Shown piece after piece: positions 11,596 through 21,809 of a stretch of 64,000 nt of DNA. Numbering within the stretch: position 1 is the first letter of the stretch; each line of letters opens with the position of its first letter. The stretch is from positions 496,001 through 560,000 of the forward strand of contig JAUPSS010000012.1 in assembly GCA_040285825.1 (NCBI GenBank), written 5' to 3'. A program made the translations under genes and the position numbers. Source of the stretch: Eukaryota sp. TZLM1-RC (Eukaryota; Protista; Metamonada: BaSk clade). The notes beneath the pieces are model-generated. The model saw nothing but the letters and a program-made list of their open reading frames with translations, was not told the origin of the DNA and made no database searches.

Positions 11596-12282
11596 CAAAG
11601 ATACTTTACAGTGAAATTAGATTCATGTTGAAGGATTTAATCAATAATCATTTAAAAATGATGCATTCCAATGTAAGGTTTAACAATATGGCAACAATTA
11701 ATTAATGTTTTGAAACACTTGCATTGTAATTTCCAATGATTCGTTGGTGAAGAGGTTCCCAAGTTGAAATTAAATTCAACAACTTTATAAGTATTTGATT
11801 CTATACAATGAAACTGCACGTACAATGTTGTTTAAAGTGAAGTCGAACCCCTAGAATCAGTAAAAACTGTTAATGCAAAAGGATCAGCCATTCATCTCAT
11901 TGTGTCTTCAGTAAACGTTTCGCAGTCATTGCTCATAAAGAAGAAACACCATGTTTTAAATAAACCTTTAAACGAATTTAAAAGAACAACTCCACAATAT
12001 TTCTAATACGTTAGCCATTACTGCATCTGTGTCAAAGCATTGATTTTGTTTTTAGCACATGTAGTTATTTTTATACCAAACAAGTGTCATTGTGGTTTGC
12101 GAATTCCGTCCCCATTTGAAGGAATGATTGTGGCATTCCTACAAACGGAGATATTGGCTTGACATATACTTAGAATTTCGAGTTGAGTGACTGACTCTAC
12201 GAATGTTGAACTCCAAAAAATGAAAATCATTCTTCACAGACATCTTTCTCATCTTTAATCTTTTTCTTATCCTTCTCCAATC

Positions 12283-13231
12283 ATGACTATTGGTTTCTCT
12301 TTTGATATAGATGGAGTCCTACTCAAGAGTGGTGTTCTTCTCCCTGGTGTCAAGGAAACCCTTCTCCACATCATTGAGCACAACATCCCTCACATGTTCC
12401 TCACAAACTCAGCTGCTTGTACTGCTGATGAAAAAGCTGCACAACTGAGCAAGCTTTTTGGTGTAGACATCCCTGGAAACAGAGTAATTTTAAGTCATAG
12501 TCCTATAGGATTTCTTCAACAAAAATACCAAAACGATGTAGTAGCTGTAGTGGGAAGACCTAATTGTAAACACATTTTAAAAAGCCATGGATATCAAAAC
12601 GTGTTGTCCTCGCTAGATATTTGTTCACTTATACCAGACATTTATCCATATAAAAAATACACCTCTGATGAAGAACTAGATTCAAGTCTGTTAAAGAGGC
12701 CGATTAAAGCTTTATTTGTAGCAAATGATTGCTTTGATTGGCAACGAGATCTGCAAATTTGCCTGGACATTCTTACTTCTAATGGTATCATTGGAACCTC
12801 CTCCCCAACCCAAGTACGTCTCTCGCTTCTCTTACTCACAATAGGTAATCGACCTTTACTTTTCCAATCCTGATTACGTCTATTCTGCACGGTACCCTCT
12901 CCCCCGCATGACCATGGGGAGCTTTACACTCTGTTTGAAGAGTCTCTATCATCATCAAACCGGGCAAGAGTTGAAGTACACTCAGTTTGGAAAGCCTCAT
13001 GAAGTACAGTTCAATATTGCGGAAAAAGTCTTGAGAAGTCAAGGGGCAACTAAGTTTGTCATGATTGATGATAATCCTTTGTCAGGCATCAAGGGAGCAA
13101 ACATGAGGAGTAATGATTGGACATCGGTGCTGCCATTGACAGGAGTGGCGAAGGGAAATTCTGAGGAAAATCCGGCAGATTTTGTATTTGACGATGTGAA
13201 TGAAGCTGTTGCTTATTTTTTGAAAGAATAG
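12283..13231 (+). CDS. HAD-superfamily class IIA hydrolase (HDHD5/CECR5-like), 2 exons; intron 12814..12844
   Basis: Motifs FDIDGVL, FLTN, DWQRDLQI and FGKP. Removing a 31-nt GTACGT...AATAG intron joins PTQ|VIDLYFSNPDYVYSARYPLPRMTMG in frame (306 codons including stop). Confidence 0.9.
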
Positions 13232-13809
13232 GTTTTTTATTTAGTTTGGATTTATTTAATTTTGTTTTTGTTTTTGTTTCAAAGTAAACTTTTTTATTAA
13301 ATTTTTCTTGTTGTTTGTTATGTTGATGTCATTTATTGTCAAAACCACAAACTAAAATAAGATCCAGCGACATTCCAAACCATCTCAAGGGTGAAAAAGG
13401 TTCATGTCTGCTTGGTTTTCACGGTAATAGGATGGATCAGACACTTCTAGAGGATGGTTACAAGATATATAATATATAAGTATAATATTATATATATGTC
13501 ATACATTAAATTTGTTATGAAAAAGTGAACAAGTGGAGCAGCAAAGCAGCAACAATGCAACAAGAGCGGCATTGTAGGATGTATCAATGGCAGAGCCAAA
13601 CTTAGATACTGAATAAAAATGAACATTTTCAACTTTTCTGGAAACATGTTTCACAAAACCTGTATGATTAGAGTAATAGTATCCTATACAGACGGAGCCG
13701 AACAGATATCGCAGTTTCATAAGTTAGCATATCAGAAACATATTCACCAAGAGAATCAAAGAGTTCATTAGGCAAAAAATGTGTAGGGTATAGCTGAGGA
13801 GGTGTTGAT

Positions 13810-14600
13810 AAAATAATCTTGAGTTTTCCTTTTTATTACATTTAAAACTGGATTCAATCCAGCAATTTGTGATGAACTTGCAGAATATTTTCAAAATCTG
13901 GTTTGACTCAATGCCATTCCTCCGACTGAATTACTAGCTGCTCGATTGATTGCCTTGGTAAAACCTGGAAATGGTGAGAAGCCAGATGGAGTTCGTCCTA
14001 TTGCCTTTGGCGAATCAATTACTCGTCTTTTTACATCAATTGGTTTTAACCGTGTTGGTTCTAAGGCTGCAAAATTTATAGCACTTTTTAATTTGGAAGT
14101 AAAACAATTGATGGTGAATCAGTTGCTGCCTTGACTTCTGATTTATTTTTTTAATTCTAATAATCAAAATTATATTTTCAATTTAGATTTTAAGAATGCT
14201 TTTAATTCTGTACATCGAAGTGCAGTTTATGATTTTATTCAAAAAGATTTTCCAGAATTAACCAGCTATTTTTATTTATTTTACGGTAAAGCTAGTGAAC
14301 TAATTTATGAATCTTATACTCTATTTTCGTCTTCTGGAGTTAAGCAAGGTGATCCCCTCGGGCCATCACTCTTCTGTTCAGCAATTCACAAGTTGTTGGT
14401 TCATTTCAGTGATCTATCCTATGTTGAAGATAGTAGGATACATGGATGATATCTCAATCATTGGTCCATTAAATATTTTAAATGAAATTGCTACTGAAGC
14501 CTCATTGTTTTAAAGAGATATTGGTCTTTTGCTAACGCCGACAAATGTCTCCTCATAAGATAGATTAACCATTGATGGTGTCGAAATTCCTTTATTTTTT
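13810..14600 (+). mobile_element. degenerate CRE-like non-LTR RT fragment
   Basis: LIALVKPG...GVRPIAFGES, DFKNAFNSV, GVKQGDPLGP and GYMDDIS with frameshifts. Confidence 0.85.
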
Positions 14601-15453
14601 TATCATAAAATTCTTGAAAATTGCATTAAAAGCTCCATGATGATTTTCCATTTCAAATTGCTTTAATTCTGAAATACTATCACATTCAAAGTCCTGATTT
14701 ATTCCACGATTATTCAGTGCATCTAAATAAACCAATGAAATATCTTGGAAGAATACGCGGCAGATACATCTAAATCTGTGGCGTTAATAAGACAAATTGC
14801 TGTGTCAAAAATATCTTCCTTACTATTGAAAGCTTTTCAAACATAATAAAACAAAATTTGGGGAATAATAGGGTTTTTGTAACTTGGTTGGTTTATTTGT
14901 TGAGAAAGTCTCATGTTAGATTGATTTTTTTGCCTTTCTCACTCATCATGAATTTTGAAACAACTTGCAACTGTAGTAAACTGAGTATCAATCTGTTCTG
15001 TTGACTGTTGTGGATGAGAGAATAGCTGTTTAAACGGTGACAGCAGCTTGTCAATACAAAAAGAATAACATTAATCTGCAGTAATCAAGATAAACTATAA
15101 ACGTGTCACCAACTACAAAATACAACATTATGTCAAAGGACAATAACATTGTGTTAATGGTCAAAAATGGATTGTTGGTTGTGACAAAAATTTAGGCTAA
15201 TAATTCAAGAGAGTGTCTCATGCAAATATTGTTGTTTTAGAAACTGTTGTTTTGATTCCATAATATTGTATTGTGGTTCCTGGTCCATGTTTCCTAGTGT
15301 TGAAACAAGTATATCTGAATTCTACGGTTCATGATAAGTCTATTGTTTTTGTAAAAAAGGAGTTTAATTTCAAATTTTTCATTGGGGCAATTTAGTTAGA
15401 GTTCGCAGAATTCTCGAAAATTCATCAATCAGCTTTTTGCAACTTCCGTTTAC

Positions 15454-16818
15454 ATGAGCGACAGTGATCTGGATCCTGCAAGTAGGTCAACTCTCACATC
15501 ATTCCCCAGTGATGGCTCTGCTTCTCAGTTGTCCGAATCTGACACGTCATGCCCCGAAATCTATCTTGATACCTCTAGCCAACACTCCCTCGCACTACCT
15601 GATGCCTCTCCATGCTCATCTCCATCCCCTTCATCCCCTGTCTTCATTGTTAAACGTCGTTCTTTGCTCAAATTGAGCTTTATCACATTATCCTTCATTG
15701 CAATGACTCTTCTCATCTTCCCTATTGCTCTTTGGTATATTTACCACAAGATTATAAAAACACTGAAAGAATCGAACAAAGTTTCTCTTCTTTCACGTTC
15801 ACTGACCCTATTTTTTGTTATATTCCTCTTCTTTTCAGCTACATTTCTTCGATTCTTCATTTCTGGAAGTTCCTTTTTCACTTTTGCCTTTTTTGCAATA
15901 AGTGATTTCTCTTTTGGTCTTATCTTTGCCCTTAGTTTTTGCCTATTACTGTCCACAGCTGTCCACTATCTACTACTCCGTTTTTCCACTTTTTCTATTC
16001 AAAAACCTCATTTTTCTGTATTAATTGTTGGATTAATTGGTACTGTTTTATTATTTTTAATAGGAGCTTATTTTGCAACTAACATTAAAACCACAACCTA
16101 CAACATTTCCACACCACATATACAATCACCGTTGAAAATAGGTATAGCCACAGACCTACATTTGAATGGAGTATACTATAAGCAAGGTTTGTTGGACAAG
16201 ATAAGAAAGAAATCATTGAGGGAAGAAGTAGATACCCTTTTCCTTCTTGGTGATATAATTGATATAGCAGATCCACAACAAGTATTTGATAAGCAAGACA
16301 TCTACACATCTACATTATCCACAGTTGCTCCTTATGGTACATTCGCTGTTCTGGGAAATCATGATCGGATATCTGGAACTGAGGAGACATCAACTATATT
16401 GAGAGACGGGGGCATTACACTGCTTTCCAACGAGGCATTTCTGTTTCGCGACGAAGTTCTCTTTTATGGCCTCCATGATTATAGAAGTGGAGAAGAGACG
16501 GTGAAACATTTCCACTACCTTTCACAGCAAAACGCAAGTCTTCCTGTGTCAATTGTACTGGTCCACCAGCCACATGATGAACTTGTGGATGCTCTCAATG
16601 ACCTTAACAACCCAAGCACATTCATTATGCTTGCCGGACATACGCACAATGGGCAGGTATTTCCTGGCAACTTGATAGTACCTTTAGTCTTCACACATAA
16701 CTATGGGCATTATCAATATGGCAACAATCATGTTGTGGTATCTTCAGGCATTGCTACATGGGGTCCTCTTATTAGGTTGTTCACACGAAGTGAATTCGTG
16801 GTCATTAATATTAATTAA
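15454..16818 (+). CDS. transmembrane metallophosphoesterase (TMPPE/YkuE-like)
   Basis: N-terminal TM helices, then DLH, GDIID, GNHD, VHQP, AGHTHNGQVFP and SSGIATWGPLIRL. Confidence 0.9.
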   Translation: MSDSDLDPASRSTLTSFPSDGSASQLSESDTSCPEIYLDTSSQHSLALPDASPCSSPSPSSPVFIVKRRSLLKLSFITLSFIAMTLLIFPIALWYIYHKIIKTLKESNKVSLLSRSLTLFFVIFLFFSATFLRFFISGSSFFTFAFFAISDFSFGLIFALSFCLLLSTAVHYLLLRFSTFSIQKPHFSVLIVGLIGTVLLFLIGAYFATNIKTTTYNISTPHIQSPLKIGIATDLHLNGVYYKQGLLDKIRKKSLREEVDTLFLLGDIIDIADPQQVFDKQDIYTSTLSTVAPYGTFAVLGNHDRISGTEETSTILRDGGITLLSNEAFLFRDEVLFYGLHDYRSGEETVKHFHYLSQQNASLPVSIVLVHQPHDELVDALNDLNNPSTFIMLAGHTHNGQVFPGNLIVPLVFTHNYGHYQYGNNHVVVSSGIATWGPLIRLFTRSEFVVININ

Positions 16819-17469
16819 ATTATAACTTTGTTATTTAATTGTTTTTATAGTTTTAGGGCTCGGTTTTCTTATTTGCAAAGCAAGTGATCACTTAGTACTT
16901 CTTGAGCTAACATGAACATTAGTTTCTGATTTTTTCTTCGACTTTATTTAGGATGTGATTGAATGACATTTGCTTACCTTGTATATATTCGTTGGTTTTT
17001 TGTCTTTTATAATAAACTTTTTGCTCAATTATCGTTTTTGTTTCTGGGTACTTTGTGGTCATATTCATCCGTGCATATGAGAGATGCCAAAAATCTGATT
17101 TATGTGTCTTCTAGGTTGTACAACGTACAATATGAATGACTACAATGCTGGAAAATTGGGTACAAGAACGAAGAAAGAGCTTCGTTCAAAAAATTGAACA
17201 TATTTCTGTGACTTCATTTTGAACAAAATTCGGTTATCGACAGTTGAATAATTAACACATCTTAGTTTAAGCTATTTCATTTATTCTTCACATCAATAAT
17301 ACTATCATACTGGAACATGTAAAATTCATTAATCGGAACAGAGATCAACTCTTAGATCATATATCAATCTCACTGAGGTGAATTCAAGCCTTCATCATGT
17401 AGAGAACAAACCCATTGAAGCTGTTTATTGTGATCTTTACACCTCAATAAAAACTTGATGCAGTTGGAG

Positions 17470-17965
17470 ACAGTAGGAGAAATGGTAGTTTTACTCTTTT
17501 AAATGCCATGTCCAATGACAATTATAATTATTCTGACAAACATTGCATTGACTCAGTTGTCAATAATAATTCTTCTTGTTGACGAAAAATATTAAATTGC
17601 TCAACATGCTAAACCTATTTTCCTGTCAATGAAAATTCTTATGCCCATTATAATTTATCTCTCCTTGCTTTTTACTTGCTCGGATCTTTATGTAAGGCTG
17701 CCATGGCTTTCCTTGAGGATTTTGATGTAGTTGTTAAGGAAAGAACTGGAATAATTTTCAATCGTGTTTACTGGCAAAATAGGATTGTCTTTCCTATTTT
17801 TAAGAGAATGGTAAAACTAATTTTTCATTCACTTTCTTCTTGTGGTAAAATTTCTGAATCTTTAGCAATTAATTGTCTTGATGTAGAGCTGGAAAATTAT
17901 GAGGATGTAGAGCTTTAGTTGTGTATTTGATAATTTTTTTATTCATTATTCGATAAATAAATATT
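17470..17965 (+). mobile_element. non-LTR retrotransposon 3' fragment (RLE end)
   Basis: Close DNA and protein similarity to 30083..30727 (GSLxKAAMAFLEDF...FNRVYWQNRIVF). AATAAA-type tail. Confidence 0.8.
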
Positions 17966-18250
17966 TTCTAAAACAAAATGTTAGAGAAAGTAATCATTAG
18001 TACAGTCTTAACATTATTTTTTCAATCCAAGAACCAGTAACCAGCTAAAAACATGATACAAGATTCAATATCAACATTTTTGAACTTAATTTTATCATCT
18101 ATAAAAGTTGGGTGTTGTGCATCACAGTGTTCGAAAAGATTTTTCGAAAGCTTTTGACAATTTTTGGACCTTAATTACAAAATATTCGATTGCCAGATAC
18201 AATTGTAATCACCTATTCTGTCAATCATTTTCAAGTCGACTACCACAGTG

Positions 18251-18838
18251 ATGTTACAACTTGGTCCCTTTGCTGTGCTGCTGGTTGTACTCGTTTCTGT
18301 TGTTTCCGCACAGTGGATCATCCCTTTGCAGTATCCACACTATGATCAATGGTAACTTTCTTGGAAAACAGAACTTATGCAAACAGGAACGAGTATGCTC
18401 ACCTCATTCATAACTTATCCCTGTCTGTGAACACGGTTCATTACTTACATCTCTTGCAATGGCTCTCAAGGGCAAGGATATTTCTGTTATGGGACAAGAG
18501 GCTGATCAATCTGAGGTTTACATGTTTCTTAAGATCTACGATGGTTATCTAGAAGATAACAAGATGAATTACACTATTGTTCCTCAAATCGATGAGTCAC
18601 GCATATCGTCATTAGTAGCCCTGTGGGAACTGGATCTGTTTGCCAAGCACAACTGTTACAGTCACTCTTGAGTAGAGTCTATGTCATCCTTGCAAAACCT
18701 CACAAAAAGAATTTTATGCTCTTGATTGGATTCAGTAAAGATGTTGAAGATTTTTTGCTACTTAATCCATTAGAAAGATGGGATTATACAGCGGATTATC
18801 ATTCTTTACACGAATTTGTGATCTTTCAAATAAACTAG
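18251..18838 (+). pseudogene. decayed secreted protein gene, possibly C39 peptidase-like
   Basis: Signal peptide MLQLGPFAVLLVVLVSVVSA, then YPHYDQ...WKTELMQTGT and (next frame) PVCEHGSLLTSLAMALKGK. In-frame stop and frameshifts. Confidence 0.4.
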
Positions 18839-19353
18839 TGATGTTATAATGTTGAATTTTTCAGCAGAAAACAACATTCTGTTGAAGTTGGGGAATTGTA
18901 AGTATCTAACTAGTGAGTACATTTATAGTATTTGGTTTCTATAAAATTATCTTTATCCTAAACCCCTTTACTCAACACGTTCTAACATACACCTAGTAGA
19001 TATGCCTTCTGGTAACAAAATATAGGAAAATGGGTTTGTTGATTGTGCTATTTGTCTATGTGCGAATGATTTATGAGGTTGTGGTACTGTTTTGCCAATA
19101 GAAATAAGCAACGTGACCAAAACTGCATCATACAAAATTGAAAATTGTCGTCGATAACTTTTAGCTAAAAATGAATGAGACCAATGCTGCAATCTGCAAA
19201 CAACATTCCAGGAGAAAACACATTTTCAAGATTATATACCGTTTCTCCAAAAGGTCAGAAATAAACTAAAAATACACATTTAATTATTTTTAATATTTTT
19301 TTCACCACAAAGGAATAAATTTGGTCAAAAACGAGATTTATTGTGGTTTTATG

Positions 19354-19716
19354 TAGGGTTGCACAAAATACGTATTCAGCTCCAGAATACGTAACTGTAA
19401 CGGATACGTTACGTCACGTTACAGTTACGGATACATAACAGATTTTTCATTTCCATAAACTACAACTTACTAAAAAATATAATAATAATAAACTTACAAC
19501 TACAACTACAACTATACTTCCTATGTCCACTCCTTGTTTCAGTGCTCTTATAGATTTATGGTCATAAAGTTCGTTTTATTTGTACATGAATGTCGAGATT
19601 AGATTCTGTACCCAGAATTGAAGCAATGTGTTTGTTACGGTGGGATCTCAGAATACGTATCAGTTACGGTTACGTAACGTAACGTAACGGATACCGATAC
19701 GTATCGTGCAACCCTA
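19354..19716. mobile_element. hAT-type MITE (363 bp)
   Basis: 11-bp TIR TAGGGTTGCAC/GTGCAACCCTA. Perfect 8-bp TSD GTTTTATG (19346-19353, 19717-19724). Subterminal CGTAAC/GTTACG/TACGTA repeats. Confidence 0.93.
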
Positions 19717-19949
19717 GTTTTATGTAAGTGTTAATTGATTTTACTGAATTCTGGAATATGGTCTGTGAGTGCAAATCCAAATGCATTTACCAAACCTACA
19801 TTGGAAATCCATTCTTCATTACAACTCCAGACACTATTGAGCTGCCACATCGTTTAAGATGGACTGATATTTTCTTCTACAGAGATCTTCTTGACTAGTC
19901 TCTTCGAAGTTCCTTCCTGTCTTCTTTTAGCACTTGATGAGGATGTGCT

Positions 19950-21620
19950 TGTTTCGGGAAATGTGATGGACAGTTTTTTCTGTTGTGGCCTTCACCGCGA
20001 CATATACCACATCTCGGTTATTTGTCCTTCTCAGCAGTCTTTTTTTTCTGATCTCTCTGTGAAGTATATGGTTTATTTTCGAAATCTTTTGTTTGAGTTC
20101 TTGGCCTCTCGAAAATGGATGGTCTACCTTCATCGTTGATTGCAGATGTTTTGATGGATTATATATTTATGGCAGAGTTGAAGTCTCCATTCCAATACGT
20201 GCTGCACGTCTGACACTTCACTAAACCCCACAGTGTTGATTCTGCTTTTTCTTCTAGTGAATCCTTTTGTTCATCCCATTCTTGTTGAAAATCTCTTTTT
20301 CTAGTAGGATTGTTTTGATTAAATAATTCAATTTCTTGTTTTAACTTTTTTGCTTTTCTTTTTAGTTGCCGTTTGCCCTTAGGACCTAACACTTTACTGC
20401 TAGATTCATTGACACATTTTCCAAAATTTCCCCTTGGAAGCACAACTAGAACAACATTTACTCGTTCCATATTCATCATCTAGGAAAATTAACCAAATCT
20501 TCTTAATAGTTTGCGAATTTCGGTTCTTCTTATGGTTTTCATTTTCCCAAAAGACAAAAGTTGCTTGTATTTCCTTTCGAGCTCCAGTCACCAGAACCAA
20601 TAACTACTTCTTCAGGGGTGCCAAAGGTCGATTTGAGTCTTTCCGACATGTTTTTTTCACCTCTTTGATTATTTACTTTTCGACATTTTCAGCAGACAAG
20701 GAATGTATGTATCGCTTTGGCTACGCTAACGTCTTGGAAGTAAAATTCTTGAAAACATTGCCATTTTCATCAACCAGGTCTTTACGAATTAAGACCACTG
20801 AACAAGGAATCACGTCTGTTATAATTGAGGAGAAACAATTGAAAGCAGCCTTCAGTCTTTTCGTTTGTAAGAATCTAATACCTTATTAGTTAGTATTTCG
20901 GTAAAAACTGATGATCTTATGTTATTTGCTCTACCTTTCAACTTGCTAAATCTTTCATTGAGCCAATGAGTATCGAGTCTTTTATGCTGTGGAATCAATG
21001 TAGTTGTCAATGGAAAAGGATTACTGACCGACAAAGGTTTGCTATCTTGGGAACAAAATGATTGAATTGTTCCGATATTATATATAGCCTGAGAGAGAAA
21101 TTTCAATGGCTTGACTGATTGAGAAAAATCAATGTTTTTACCCTTGATCAAAGTTGGAACTAAACAATGATTCACATAAGCAAAAATTTTCAAATTTAAC
21201 TCTGACTGGCAGAAGGGAAAAACAATGTGATCATTGCTTGGAAGTTGATCAAAGTTTCCACCGGTAATAGCTTCCCTGACGTTGTCGAGTTTAGGCAATA
21301 ATTCGTTCTTCAAATGATTTTCGTGAATTTCTTGTTGTTGGAACTTCATCAAGGTGATAATAACTAAAGAACGCCAAACATATTTATTAACGTGTTTGCT
21401 GAGATTATTTCCATAGCTATTGGAAATTTGTTTTGCCGTGTAATGAGAAACTCGATTCATTGATGTATTATCAGGAAATTGAATCCTTCTTTGACCAAGC
21501 TCATTATCAAGATTTTGTAGAATTGGATAGCAAAAATTCAGGTAATTAAAACTAATTTTCTGTTTCAAAGTGCAATTCGAAATATCCATATCTTTAATTA
21601 CGCTTTTGGCTTTAATTCTT
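19950..21620 (-). pseudogene. Fanzor1 (eukaryotic TnpB-like RNA-guided nuclease) relic A, with C-terminal CCHC knuckle
   Basis: Across frameshifts: YTAKQISNSYGNNL, NPFPLTTTLIPQHKRLDT, FSSIITDVIPCSV, VIGSGDWSSKG, IRKLLRRFG, FLDDEYGTSKCCSSC (RuvC-II/Zn), LWGLVKCQTCSTYWNGDFNSAINI (Zn/RuvC-III) and GRPSIFER. The RuvC-I region appears deleted near 20670. Confidence 0.85.
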
Positions 21621-21809
21621 CATAGTTCCGAATCCAAAATATTTATGTCTGCCTTACAACTAATTTAATTGAAGAATTAAATATAAAATAATTAGACATT
21701 AAGTAATGATTGATCACCTACACAGACACTGAAAATGTCCAATACACTAGCCCAAATTACGAAATTCAAACCACCTCAGCAATTTGAATTATGGTCTAAT
21801 ATGCAACGG

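Noticed and set aside
19380-19710. CRISPR-like or satellite array (CGTAAC repeats)
   Set aside because: Irregular short motifs with no repeat-spacer structure. They are explained as MITE subterminal repeats.
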